Shown: positions 48,651 through 58,752, counted from the stretch's first letter. The stretch: DNA of 64,000 nt from Methyloligellaceae bacterium (GCA_965224165.1 CBDCYM010000011.1:4116476-4180475), one strand, 5' to 3'. The notes: generated from the letters alone by a model not told the origin. Numbers and translations: made by a program.

Positions 48651-49753
48651 TGTTTCCATGGCCCTTTAATCACATATCACGCAATATGTTGCAAAAACTT
48701 GATCCGGAAAGAGCGCACGCCGTTACGCTATGGGCGCTTGAAAGGGGGCTTTACCCACGCCAAAGGCGCCCAGATGATATAAGGCTTGCTCAAAAAATTT
48801 GGGGAATTCAGTTTCGTAATCCTATCGGTATTGCAGCCGGGTTCGATAAAAATGGCCGTGTGTCAAGGCAATTGAACAAAATGGGGTTCGGTTTCGTGGA
48901 AGTTGGCACGGTGACGCCCCAAGCACAGGCAGGTAATCAACCACCACGTATATTTCGCTTGCCAGATGATCACGCTGTCATAAATCGCTTAGGCTTTAAC
49001 AATCAAGGGCATGATGCTGTCCAACAACGGCTCAAAGCATTGCCGAAGAGTGGCGTGCTTGGGGTCAATCTCGGTGCTAATAAAGATAGCCGGAACAGGA
49101 CAGAAGATTATGTGGATGGCTTGGGTGCCTTTATCGAAGTAGCAGACTATTTTACGGTCAATATCTCCTCGCCCAACACGCCAGGCTTAAGGGACCTACA
49201 AATGCCCGAGCATCTAAATGCTTTGCTTTCCTGGCTTATCGCGGCACGCGGCGCACTCATGGAGGCTGGACAAAAATGGTGCCCAATCCTTATCAAGCTT
49301 TCTCCCGATATTGCGGAAGATGAGCTTGGCTCTATTATCGAATGTCTTCTTGCAAACAATATTGACGGAATTATCGTATCGAATACAACACTCGCTAGAA
49401 CAGGTATTAGAAATATCACACTATCCCGTGAAGAGGGCGGACTTTCTGGGCGCCCGCTCTTTATTCGTTCAACACAACTTTTGGCTCAAATCCATCTCAT
49501 GACGGAAGGGACTATACCTCTGATCGGCGTTGGTGGAATTGATTCGGGCGATACGGCACTCGCAAAGATACAGGCTGGTGCATCCTTGATACAGCTTTAC
49601 ACAGGACTGATTTACAAAGGCCCTGCATTAATAAAAGCCATAAAAAAGCGGCTATTAGCCCATATCAAAGAAAAAAACTATGATGGTATCAGCGAAGTAG
49701 TTGGCGAAAAGGTCAAGGACTGGGCCGCAATAGAAAGAACACCAGTACCATAA
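48650..49753 (+). CDS. pyrD: Quinone-dependent dihydroorotate dehydrogenase
   Basis: GFGFVEVGTVTPQAQAGN, NISSPNTPGLR and GVGGIDSG motifs. The ATG at 48650 shares a base with the upstream TGA. Confidence 0.93.
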   Translation: MFPWPFNHISRNMLQKLDPERAHAVTLWALERGLYPRQRRPDDIRLAQKIWGIQFRNPIGIAAGFDKNGRVSRQLNKMGFGFVEVGTVTPQAQAGNQPPRIFRLPDDHAVINRLGFNNQGHDAVQQRLKALPKSGVLGVNLGANKDSRNRTEDYVDGLGAFIEVADYFTVNISSPNTPGLRDLQMPEHLNALLSWLIAARGALMEAGQKWCPILIKLSPDIAEDELGSIIECLLANNIDGIIVSNTTLARTGIRNITLSREEGGLSGRPLFIRSTQLLAQIHLMTEGTIPLIGVGGIDSGDTALAKIQAGASLIQLYTGLIYKGPALIKAIKKRLLAHIKEKNYDGISEVVGEKVKDWAAIERTPVP

Positions 49754-49876
49754 AGGCTGGTATCAGTCCCGCGCCTACTTCATCAACATTTCCAACAGAT
49801 AACAACGCAAAAAAGACATAAAATTCAGATTTTTATCCATTGAATAAATAAGCTAAATTAATTGAAGGGGTGGGTT

Positions 49877-50566
49877 GTGAAACGCTTGCTTTTCATCGGT
49901 TTAATATTACTTGCCGCAATTGCGACTGTCCGACATGCTGAAGCGTTAGAAGTTGTCGTCGGAAAAACCACGATTAATTTGGCAGGACCCCAAGGCTATT
50001 GTCCACTCGACAAAAAAAATCCGCTGGACGGCACATTTTGGACGGCTATGCAGAAAACCATTCAAGGCCGCAATGAGTTGTTGGCAGTGTTCGCCGCTTG
50101 TGACCGCTTAAAAAGCTGGCGGGCCGGTAAGACCGATAACCTTGGTGATTTTGCGGGTTATCAAGTGAGTCTGAAAGCAAAGTCTGGACAGTTCGTTGCA
50201 GAGAAAATGGTACCCGTTATTTGCGCAGAATTCCGCAAGCAAGGCAGTGCAATCACTGATCGCGCCAAGAAGGAAATCACTAAGAATATAAATGACATTG
50301 AGGAATTTGCAGGAAAATTACAGATTAACAGTCAAAAGTTTTACGGCGTTCTGCACGAAAGTAAGACCGAATGCTACACTGGGATAGTGCAAAAAATACA
50401 GGTCGAAAAAGAAGTTGAAACAATTGTTACCGTTGCAGCGGTTACGGTGATAAAGGGGAAATTGCTCTTTTTCAACCACACCGGCACCCTAGCCGACTCA
50501 TCAACGGTTAACCGGCTCCTCAAGACATCGCGGGCGACAATCAAAGCGGCTCTTTCTCAAAATTAA
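49877..50566 (+). CDS. Hypothetical secreted protein (229 aa)
   Basis: A GTG at 49877 follows GAAGGGG. Signal peptide VKRLLFIGLILLAAIATVRHAEA. No family recognised. Confidence 0.5.
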   Translation: MKRLLFIGLILLAAIATVRHAEALEVVVGKTTINLAGPQGYCPLDKKNPLDGTFWTAMQKTIQGRNELLAVFAACDRLKSWRAGKTDNLGDFAGYQVSLKAKSGQFVAEKMVPVICAEFRKQGSAITDRAKKEITKNINDIEEFAGKLQINSQKFYGVLHESKTECYTGIVQKIQVEKEVETIVTVAAVTVIKGKLLFFNHTGTLADSSTVNRLLKTSRATIKAALSQN

Positions 50567-50787
50567 TTTGCTGCCATTGGAGCCTCTCGGTTTCACTATT
50601 CAAGCTGTGGCAATCCATAATAGATTTGAGCGCCGCTTGTTTTTTTGGGGCAAATTGGGTTAATGTTGGCTCCATGCAAAATAGACTTCACTTGGGACTT
50701 ATTATTCGAATTACAGGCCCGGCCGCTTAAGCGGACCGGGAGTATGTGTTCGCCTGTATTTCGTATCCAAGTGAAGGACTTTCCCCC

Positions 50788-51105
50788 ATGTCTACGTCAT
50801 TGACTGAGGACACTTCGGCGCATCGCCAACTTGAACTTGCCTCTTCCGACAAAACCCATCATGTAAAAGTCATATACTTTGTAACAGCGGTCGCTGACCC
50901 TAATCTTTTGCCACGCTTGCTTGAACCCTTTGCAAAACTAAATCTCATCCCTGATCGGGTGCATGCTGACCTTGCGGCACACGGGGAACGTGGCCTCAAT
51001 GTCGATCTGAGAATTTCAGCCGTGGATGCCCGTTATGCCATGCTTCTTGAAAAGGCGCTGCGAGCCGTTATCGGTGTGCAGAACGTGATTTCTGTGCTTG
51101 AGTGA
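50788..51105 (+). CDS. Hypothetical small protein (105 aa), possibly ACT-like
   Basis: An ATG at 50788 follows GAAGGA. The pattern of the beta-alpha-beta-beta-alpha-beta type (VKVIYFVTAVADPNLLPRLLEPFAKL) is suggestive only. Confidence 0.45.
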   Translation: MSTSLTEDTSAHRQLELASSDKTHHVKVIYFVTAVADPNLLPRLLEPFAKLNLIPDRVHADLAAHGERGLNVDLRISAVDARYAMLLEKALRAVIGVQNVISVLE

Positions 51106-51210
51106 GTTATTCACTCATGCACGCTTACCATTGATAAACCTCTTTGTTGACCTTTGCAGCATAACAAAAGAAACTTTTTGCAAGATATTAGTGTGAGGAG
51201 GTCAAGTATC

Positions 51211-51720
51211 TTGTTTCGGCGTGTATTTGCAGTAATGACCGTGTTTGGGCTTATGTTGCTACCCGGGCCGGTTTCCCTAGACCTGGATTCACAAGCTGAG
51301 GCTGCCCCGAGAAAGAGGGTGACGGCCGCAGGTAAGTACAGCGTATCAGGTCGGCGCGTGACATGTGGTCGTGTTCCTACCCTCGTTAGCCGAAAGTTTT
51401 TTGACTATGGTGGGGCTATGCCCGGACTCATAATCATGAACCCGCGTAAGCTTCGTCGTCTGCCCCGGCAGGTCCGACTCTTTGTTTATGCTCATGAATG
51501 TGGCCATCAATTTATTGGACGCGATGAAGATGCAGCGGACTGTTATGGGGCAAAAATGGCACGGCGGAGAGGGTGGCTAAACAGGCGAGGCTTAAGACAA
51601 ATCTGCAAATGGCTCCGGCCGCAGGCCGGAGACGGCGTTCATTCGCCTGGATGGCGACGATGTCGGAATATCAGGCGCTGCTACAGACAGGCTGCGCCAC
51701 GCCGACGTGTCCGCCGTTAG
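51211..51720 (+). CDS. Secreted Cys-rich HExxH protein, paralog A (putative minimal zinc metallopeptidase)
   Basis: TTG at 51211, 9 nt after GAGGAGG. Signal peptide, AHECGHQF motif, six conserved Cys, Arg-rich tail. Confidence 0.55.
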   Translation: MFRRVFAVMTVFGLMLLPGPVSLDLDSQAEAAPRKRVTAAGKYSVSGRRVTCGRVPTLVSRKFFDYGGAMPGLIIMNPRKLRRLPRQVRLFVYAHECGHQFIGRDEDAADCYGAKMARRRGWLNRRGLRQICKWLRPQAGDGVHSPGWRRCRNIRRCYRQAAPRRRVRR

Positions 51721-51911
51721 AAATAGATTTGTTTATATAATTTGTTGCCTGGAATTTTTGTCATTTGATATGACCGTGTTGCCAGTTTAAATATTCACAG
51801 TAGGAGCCAACTTGGATAAATAATATTGAAGTGCCCAATTTGCATAGCGTTTAAACGCAAATATACAGGCCGTTCAAATCTGACCGTTGATATAAAGGGG
51901 GGAGCTTTTAT

Positions 51912-52448
51912 ATGCGCTTAGTTTTTTATCTTGGTATTCTGATCGTATTTAGCGGTATAAGCTTTTACGGGGGCGTTACAATTGACGCTCAGGCAAAGAA
52001 TTTAACTGTCAAAGAATATTTGGCCAAATATGCCGCAAAGAATGCAAAAATCGTTGCTCCCGGCAAGCTTCGGCTGGTTGGCCGCCGTCGGAGCTGTGGC
52101 AAGAGAGTGACAGTTTTAGATCCCAAATTCAGCGATTATGGCGGCGCATATCCAGATTTTCTTATTTTGAATCCCGTGAAGCTAAAAAAACTGCCTGCCG
52201 TGATACAATTTTATGTTTTTGCCCATGAGTGTGGGCATCAATTTCGCGGAGCAAATGAAACGGCTGCGGACTGTTTTGCCGTAAAACGGGGTCGGCGACG
52301 CGGCTGGCTGAGTCCCAAAGGCATGGACCAAATCTGTAAGTTTATGTGGTCCCATACAGGCGACACGATGCATCTGCCGGGGCCTGAGCGTTGCCGTATC
52401 ATGAAGCGCTGTTATAAAGAGGCAGGAACCCGAAAAGCCAAGAATTGA
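51912..52448 (+). CDS. Secreted Cys-rich HExxH protein, paralog B
   Basis: ATG after a GGGGGGA RBS. Signal peptide and AHECGHQF. 57 of 110 gaplessly hand-aligned positions are identical to paralog A. Confidence 0.62.
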   Translation: MRLVFYLGILIVFSGISFYGGVTIDAQAKNLTVKEYLAKYAAKNAKIVAPGKLRLVGRRRSCGKRVTVLDPKFSDYGGAYPDFLILNPVKLKKLPAVIQFYVFAHECGHQFRGANETAADCFAVKRGRRRGWLSPKGMDQICKFMWSHTGDTMHLPGPERCRIMKRCYKEAGTRKAKN

Positions 52449-52476
52449 TAATTGGCGGAGACTCAAGGGTATTGTT

Positions 52477-53082
52477 ATGGATAAATTCACAGAACTGACA
52501 GGCGTTGCCGCCCCATTGCCGATGATCAATGTTGACACAGATATGATCATCCCAAAGCAATTTTTAAAAACCATCAAAAGAACGGGACTCGGCAAAAATC
52601 TTTTCGATGAAATGCGCTACGATGACGAGGGTCAGGAGATTCCCGATTTTGTTCTGAATAAACCAGCCTATAGAGAGGCGAAGGTTTTGGTTGCCGGTGA
52701 AAATTTCGGGTGTGGCTCAAGCCGCGAACATGCTCCATGGGCGCTCTTGGATTTCGGTATACGCTGTATCATCGCCCCCTCTTTTGCAGATATCTTCTAT
52801 AATAATTGTTTCAAGAACGGGATTTTGCCAATCCGCCTTCCTCAAGAGGATGTTGACAAACTCATGGACGATGCTGAACGCGGCGCCAATGCAACGATTA
52901 CGGTGAACCTTGAGACGCAGACGATTAAGGGACCAGATGGAGGCACTATAAATTTCGAGATTGACCCATTTCGCAAGCAGTGTTTGCTGGAAGGCCTGGA
53001 TGATATCGGGCTGACATTACAAAAAAGTGCGGACATAGGGGCTTATGAAGAACAAGCCGAGGCAGCGCGGCCTTGGGTATAA
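52477..53082 (+). CDS. leuD: 3-isopropylmalate dehydratase small subunit
   Basis: LeuD-like along the full length ([17 protein letters not shown]). Confidence 0.95.
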   Translation: MDKFTELTGVAAPLPMINVDTDMIIPKQFLKTIKRTGLGKNLFDEMRYDDEGQEIPDFVLNKPAYREAKVLVAGENFGCGSSREHAPWALLDFGIRCIIAPSFADIFYNNCFKNGILPIRLPQEDVDKLMDDAERGANATITVNLETQTIKGPDGGTINFEIDPFRKQCLLEGLDDIGLTLQKSADIGAYEEQAEAARPWV

Positions 53083-53084
53083 TT

Positions 53085-53351
53085 ATGGCATATAGGGGAG
53101 ATCCATTGTTAGCAATTAAGTGGGGCGCGGTAATATTGTCCATCCTCATGTTCCTAGGAGGCGGATGGCTCGTTTACAAGCGCTCAAGCGGGATGGGTCC
53201 ATCAACTGTCCAAGCTTTCGGCATCGTTTTGTTACTGCCAACTATTCTTGTCCTGGCGGTCACCAATTCCTTATCAAATGAGATATTGGCAACCCTTCTT
53301 GGCGGTATGGTGGGTTACGTATTTGGCCGCTTTGGTGGAGATGGCCGTTAA
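53085..53351 (+). CDS. Small membrane protein (88 aa), hypothetical
   Basis: Three hydrophobic helices, immediately after leuD. No family recognised. Confidence 0.45.
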   Translation: MAYRGDPLLAIKWGAVILSILMFLGGGWLVYKRSSGMGPSTVQAFGIVLLLPTILVLAVTNSLSNEILATLLGGMVGYVFGRFGGDGR

Positions 53352-53420
53352 AACTTAGGTTATGGGAACAGGTAAACGTTAAATTGTCATCACAGCCTAA
53401 CTTGCTGGTTCATAATTCAG

Positions 53421-53517
53421 CTGGGTATCTCTAAATACTCCCTTCGGGCCATCCACCATATTCTACAATAATTAGGCGGATGGCAGGGGATGGTGGATGG
53501 TTTTTAGAGGTATCCAG
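53421..53517. repeat. MITE/RIME-like element, copy 3 (17-bp internal deletion)
   Basis: Colinear with 46365-46478 but lacks CCCCTGCCACCCGCCAT. It fills the gap between two convergent genes, and its right end abuts the M23 stop codon. Confidence 0.82.
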
Positions 53518-53518
53518 C

Positions 53519-54538
53519 TTACTTTAGGACCATCGTTTTTGTTTGGATGATAAGAGATTTTCCGTTACGGATGAGTTCTGCCCGCCCTTGATAGCGCCCT
53601 TTTGGCCAAAACTTTTTCTTCCGCTTTTTGCCGACAAAGGCCACGTAATGTGCTTTTGGCTTTTCCATAGGCGGTATACGGTTCTGCGCAATCCTGCCTT
53701 TCGGTCCTTTAAGGGAGATGTGCAAATAATCCCCTTTCCGTAAATTGATCAATCGGGCAAAGAAGACTATCGCCGGTGCGTTGCGCTTTGGCAAAATTTT
53801 GTTTGTACCGTATTCGAAATCGCTAAGTTCAAGGGCGCCAGCGGCAAATCCCGCTTCAAGAATAAGACCGCTTCGGTAGGGGAAAGCCTTTAAAACCTTA
53901 TTGTCCCACAACGTGTTTGCACGAACAAAAGGGGCTCCTGCACACCCATCATCTATTGAACGCCCCGTAAAAGGATCGATGATTCGACCATGATGCCGAA
54001 CACTGACATGGAGATGAGCAAACTGCGTCAGCCCAGAGGCGCCAACCATTCCGACCGGTTGACCACGAGCAACTTTATCACCATGCCTAACATTGATGCT
54101 GCCATGTCTCATGTGACAATATTGTGTTTCCCAGCCTTCATGATGGCTTATCACAACACCATTGCCGCACTCTCTACCCTTGAGAATGCTTCGGTCGACG
54201 CTTTTTACCAGGCGGTCCGCCATGTTATCGCGGACAGCTTTTACGATCCCAGGGGCCGCGGCTAGAACCTTTACGCCTTTCCTCGCTGCAGCAAGAGAAA
54301 GCAGGCGGAAGTCCGTACCTCTGTGGCCGTCATAAGTAGCCGTGCCGCAGGCTGGATCTTTCACGCGTGGTGATGGATCAATATCGACATAGCTCTGGAT
54401 GAAGCAGGTCTTGCCGGGAATACATTCGATGGGAAGTGATAAGCGCAACTCACCGGCAAAGGAAGACACAGGTAAGGTCGTAAATATCCATACAAAAACT
54501 ATCGGCGCGAATCTGTTCAAGAGTTTCGTTGCCCCCAA
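53519..54538 (-). CDS. M23-family metallopeptidase (LytM-type)
   Basis: Signal peptide, HRGTDFRL (HxxxD) and AHLHVSVRHHG (HxH) zinc motifs. Confidence 0.85.
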   Translation of the reverse strand: MGATKLLNRFAPIVFVWIFTTLPVSSFAGELRLSLPIECIPGKTCFIQSYVDIDPSPRVKDPACGTATYDGHRGTDFRLLSLAAARKGVKVLAAAPGIVKAVRDNMADRLVKSVDRSILKGRECGNGVVISHHEGWETQYCHMRHGSINVRHGDKVARGQPVGMVGASGLTQFAHLHVSVRHHGRIIDPFTGRSIDDGCAGAPFVRANTLWDNKVLKAFPYRSGLILEAGFAAGALELSDFEYGTNKILPKRNAPAIVFFARLINLRKGDYLHISLKGPKGRIAQNRIPPMEKPKAHYVAFVGKKRKKKFWPKGRYQGRAELIRNGKSLIIQTKTMVLK

Positions 54539-54785
54539 TCTTAATGCCGGGATTATATTTGTTATTCCATTTATTATGGTGCTAAAAATCTCACATTTTG
54601 GCGTCTGATCTTGCAGCTATGGAGACTTGTCAAATGATGTAGAACCCATTACCGATACCATTATCCAATCAAGTTTATATAAATACCTCAAATAGCCAGA
54701 TACAAACCCAAATATCAGGGTGCAATACGCTCCCTCAAGTCAAACAGGCAAAGTTTATTGCAATCCATCATAGTGAGGCACTCCA

Positions 54786-55892
54786 ATGGCGAGTTATGAT
54801 CTGCTTCTTCTCCCTGGTGACGGCATTGGTCCGGAAGTCATGGCGGAGGTCAAACGCATCGTTCAATGGCTCAACGGGCAAGACGGGGCGAACTTTAATA
54901 TAGAAGAAGATCTCGTTGGAGGATGTGCCTATGATGCCCATCAGGTTGCCATTACGGATGCAACCATGGACAAAGCACTAAAAGCTGATGCCGTTCTTTT
55001 GGGAGCGGTTGGGGGCCCCAAATGGGATGATGTACCTTATGAGGTGCGCCCGGAAGCCGGGCTTCTTAGGCTTCGCAAGGACCTTGAGCTTTTTGCCAAT
55101 CTCCGCCCGGCCATTTGTTACCCCGCACTTGCGGATGGGTCTTCCTTAAAGCGTGAGGTTGTCGAAGGGCTCGATATCATGATCGTGCGCGAATTAACGG
55201 GAGGCGTTTATTTCGGTGAACCGAAGGAGATTACCGAACTAAAGGGCGACGAAAAAATGGCCGTCGATACACAACGCTACCAAACCTACGAGATCGACCG
55301 GATCGCGCGCGTTGCCTTTGATCTCGCTCGCAAACGTTCAAACAAAGTGCATTCGGCTGATAAACGCAATGTCATGATTTCCGGTGTTTTGTGGAACGAA
55401 GTGGTTACCAGCGTTCATAAAGAAGATTATGCTGACGTCGAACTTCATCATATCCTGGCGGATAATTGCGCCATGCAACTTGTTCGGTGGCCAAAACAAT
55501 TCGATGTGATCGTAACGGACAATCTCTTTGGTGACATGCTATCGGACGAGGCGGCTATGCTAACGGGCTCGCTTGGCATGCTGCCGTCAGCTTCTCTTGG
55601 AGCTGAAGATAATACTGGTCGGCGGCGGGCCATGTATGAACCAGTTCATGGTTCTGCTCCTGATATTGCGGGCCAGGAAAAAGCGAACCCCATCGCCATG
55701 ATTGCAAGCTTTGCGATGGCACTTCGTTATTCTTTTGATATGGGCATTGAGGCAGATCTTGTTGACAAAGCCATTGCCCAAGTCCTCGGTAAGGGAATGC
55801 GTACGGGAGATATCATGCAAGATAGTATGCAAGAAGTTTCAACGTCTGAAATGGGAGCTGCTATTATTGAAGCTATGAACGAGCTGGCTTGA
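54786..55892 (+). CDS. leuB: 3-isopropylmalate dehydrogenase
   Basis: LeuB-like along the full length ([37 protein letters not shown]). Confidence 0.97.
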   Translation: MASYDLLLLPGDGIGPEVMAEVKRIVQWLNGQDGANFNIEEDLVGGCAYDAHQVAITDATMDKALKADAVLLGAVGGPKWDDVPYEVRPEAGLLRLRKDLELFANLRPAICYPALADGSSLKREVVEGLDIMIVRELTGGVYFGEPKEITELKGDEKMAVDTQRYQTYEIDRIARVAFDLARKRSNKVHSADKRNVMISGVLWNEVVTSVHKEDYADVELHHILADNCAMQLVRWPKQFDVIVTDNLFGDMLSDEAAMLTGSLGMLPSASLGAEDNTGRRRAMYEPVHGSAPDIAGQEKANPIAMIASFAMALRYSFDMGIEADLVDKAIAQVLGKGMRTGDIMQDSMQEVSTSEMGAAIIEAMNELA

Positions 55893-55933
55893 GACACTTT
55901 AGCCTAAACAGATAGCCCTAGCTCTTCATTGCT

Positions 55934-56299
55934 CTATTCCTCTTCTTCCAGCATACGTCCAATTTCTTCGACAAGATCTCGCAAATGAAACGGCTTCGAG
56001 AGGACCTTCGCGTCTCGTGCAGCACTTTCTTCCGAATTAAGCGCAACTGCCGCAAATCCTGTTATAAACATGATCTTTAGCGATGGGTCCAATTCAGAAG
56101 CTCGACGTGCCAGTTCAATACCATCCATCTCCGGCATAACGATATCGGTCAGGAGAAGAGCAAAGGGCTCCTCCTTAAGCCTTTGATAGGCGTCCGCCCC
56201 ATTACCGAAAGAGACGACGTTATATCCTGCGCGCTCAAGTGCCTTCACAAGAAAGCGGCGCATCGACTCATCATCTTCAGCGAGAAGAATACGTTGCAT
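55934..56299 (-). CDS. cpdR: Single-domain response regulator, CpdR-type
   Basis: ILLAEDDESMRRFLVKALERAGY...LLLTDIVMPEMDGIELARR...IMFITGFAAVALN...KVLSKPFHLRDLV matches the alphaproteobacterial CpdR pattern. I chose the ATG at 56299. Confidence 0.82.
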   Translation of the reverse strand: MQRILLAEDDESMRRFLVKALERAGYNVVSFGNGADAYQRLKEEPFALLLTDIVMPEMDGIELARRASELDPSLKIMFITGFAAVALNSEESAARDAKVLSKPFHLRDLVEEIGRMLEEEE

Positions 56300-56744
56300 A
56301 CTACGTTCTGAAAGTTCGTTTACAGCCATTGTCAATATCACTTGCTAGTCATGCCAATACATACAAATCTGAACCTATTTGGTAAACGACCTATGAAGCG
56401 TTTACGCAAAAATGGTGCAGAAGCTATTTATCTCGCAAAATTTTGCGTTGGCATAGGCTCAAATTGAAATGGCCTTAAAATGGCACCCTTGTGACAGAGA
56501 AAAGATATCCGATTTCTTGCACATATTAAGAGGAGACAAAACCCATAATGAAGGAATATTTCTGAGTTCTTGTTGCTTTTAAACCCCATTCTGCCCATTT
56601 TGTCTTAAATGTCGTTGTTAAGCTGGATGTGTTCTATGAAAGAGAATTCAAAAAAATTCCTGTATATAAATGCTGTGACATTGTCTTAATTCTCTTACAA
56701 CATAACAATATCCTGAATTACTGCATTCAGCCGTGGTCCAAATT

Positions 56745-57647
56745 ATGAGCAAAAACAAACGTCAAAGTGGCAAAGCAGAGTTTCATCCCGCTTTCAAGGT
56801 TTGTCAGCCGGAAAAAATTACCAGCCCTTTTGTTTTTAATTCGCCTCATAGCGGGCAGCACTATCCCAAATCCTTTCTAAACGCATCACGCCTTGACAAG
56901 TTCACATTGAGAAAATCGGAGGATTCATTTGTCGAGGAGCTTTTTGACCATGTTTCACAATATGGTGCTCCTCTTTTGCATGCTCATTTCCCACGCGCCT
57001 ATCTTGACGTCAATCGAGAGCCCTATGAACTTGATCCGGAGCTTTTTTCCGATGTTTTACCCTCTTATGCGAACACAAAATCTGTACGCGTTGTCGGTGG
57101 ATTAGGCACTATTGCACGTGTCGTAACGGAGTCAGAAGAAATATACAGAAAGCCGCTGTCTTTAGCCGACGCCATGGAGCGCATAAACCAAATTTACATG
57201 CCCTATCACTCAGCTTTACAAACCCTTATTAATCAAAGTACAGCGGAATTTGGGCTTTCTGTACTGATTGATTGTCATTCTATGCCATCAGCTCCCATAG
57301 CTTATCATTCTGAAATCCGTCCCGATTTTGTTTTGGGAGACCGATTTGGAACCTCTTGCAATAAAGAGCTAACATGCTTTGTTGAGCAAGAACTTCACGG
57401 CATGGGCTATGTTGTGGCACTTAATAAACCTTATGCCGGTGGGTTCATAACCGAGTATTACGGACAGCCCGCGAATCGGACCCACGCAATTCAGATCGAG
57501 GTTAACCGAGCACTTTATATGAATGAGGATACCTTCACAAAAAGCAGCGGCTTTACATGGATAAAAAAAGATCTTGAAAAACTAACCCAGCGCATGCTCG
57601 AAGAAATCCCAGCGCGGCTTAACATACCCCCAATTGCTGCAGAATAA
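56745..57647 (+). CDS. N-formylglutamate amidohydrolase family protein
   Basis: FVFNSPHSGQHYP, YLDVNREPYELD and IDCHSMPS blocks of the FGase family. Confidence 0.85.
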   Translation: MSKNKRQSGKAEFHPAFKVCQPEKITSPFVFNSPHSGQHYPKSFLNASRLDKFTLRKSEDSFVEELFDHVSQYGAPLLHAHFPRAYLDVNREPYELDPELFSDVLPSYANTKSVRVVGGLGTIARVVTESEEIYRKPLSLADAMERINQIYMPYHSALQTLINQSTAEFGLSVLIDCHSMPSAPIAYHSEIRPDFVLGDRFGTSCNKELTCFVEQELHGMGYVVALNKPYAGGFITEYYGQPANRTHAIQIEVNRALYMNEDTFTKSSGFTWIKKDLEKLTQRMLEEIPARLNIPPIAAE

Positions 57648-57684
57648 ATAAGGATTGCAACTAAGGTTCTTAAAGATTGGGAAG

Positions 57685-57782
57685 AAAAAAGGGCCGCCCG
57701 AGAATGACGAACGGCCCAAGTCTAGGGAGGAAACGCCCAAGGAGGGCGGCGGCATAAACGAACTTGGTCCGCTATGCCGCAT
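57685..57782 (-). ncRNA. Candidate trans-acting sRNA (~100 nt) with CCUCC anti-Shine-Dalgarno motifs
   Basis: Orphan minus-strand terminator (GGGCCG-N15-CGGCCC-U6, 57717 down to 57685). TTGAAA-N17-CATATT lies upstream (57817-57789). Hairpin GCGGCAUA/UAUGCCGC, loop CUCCU, single-stranded UUUCCUCCC. Confidence 0.4.
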
Positions 57783-57957
57783 TGCAACAATATGTATTTG
57801 CGGCGCACAAATTTCAAGAGTCATCTTTGTGAGTTCAACATTTTTCCTCACAATATGATGAGAAAATACCACATAAACACATGAATTGTGTATCTTATGT
57901 GCATCAGTTAATTCAATTTATGAACTTCACTTGGTTGTTATAAGAGACATTTTCAAT

Positions 57958-58752
57958 ATGTTACGCTCCGCCGAAGGCTTCATAAATGTCGCTCATCGTC
58001 TTGCTGACATGTCCGGTAAGACGATTATGCCGTACTTTCGGCAGGCTTTATCAGTGGAAAATAAAACTGAATTGTCGGGCTCTTTTGATCCTGTAACTCT
58101 TGCTGACAAAGAGGCAGAAGAAGTTATACGCAAAGAGTTAACCACTGCATGGCCAGAACATGGCATTTACGGAGAAGAATTCGGCCAAATAAATCCTGAC
58201 GCTGATTACTGTTGGATTATCGACCCAATCGACGGGACGAGAGCTTTCATTACAGGATCTCCGCTGTGGGGCACATTAATTGGGCTAACGCATCATAACC
58301 AACCTATTGTCGGACTAATGGATCAACCCTACTTAAAGGAACGCTTTTGGGCCAGTGAAGGCTTTGCCTATTTTCGTGGTCCGGGAGGTGAGTATCAACT
58401 CAAGGTGCGTTCATGTTCTTCATTAGCAACAGCAACCCTTGCAACAACAGCACCCGACCTGTTTCAACCAGGATATGAAACTGAACATTTTAATCACATC
58501 AAAAGCAAAGTCCGCATGACCCGTTATGGTGGTGATTGCTATTCCTACTGCCTGCTTGCTAGCGGCCATTTGGACCTAGTCGTCGAAGCTGGTCTCAGAG
58601 CTTTTGATATCGCCCCGCTCATCCCAATTATAGAAAATGCGGGAGGCTATATTTCAACTTGGGAGGGTAAACCTGCTACTTTAGGAGGCCGTATTGTGGC
58701 GGCTGGTGACGCAGTAGTTCATGCGCAAGCTTTAGAAATTTTGTCAAAATAA
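57958..58752 (+). CDS. hisN: Inositol-monophosphatase-family protein, histidinol-phosphatase (HisN)-like
   Basis: WIIDPIDGTRAF and the C-terminal GGDCYSY/DxxP blocks of the IMPase fold. Size (264 aa) and context fit alphaproteobacterial HisN. I chose the ATG at 57958. Confidence 0.7.
   Translation: MLRSAEGFINVAHRLADMSGKTIMPYFRQALSVENKTELSGSFDPVTLADKEAEEVIRKELTTAWPEHGIYGEEFGQINPDADYCWIIDPIDGTRAFITGSPLWGTLIGLTHHNQPIVGLMDQPYLKERFWASEGFAYFRGPGGEYQLKVRSCSSLATATLATTAPDLFQPGYETEHFNHIKSKVRMTRYGGDCYSYCLLASGHLDLVVEAGLRAFDIAPLIPIIENAGGYISTWEGKPATLGGRIVAAGDAVVHAQALEILSK

Noticed and set aside
57582-57872. 96-aa minus-strand ORF in the FGase/hisN spacer.
   Set aside because: It reads through a canonical intrinsic terminator, overlaps the 3' end of the plus-strand FGase gene and has no RBS. 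The region is better explained as a small RNA.
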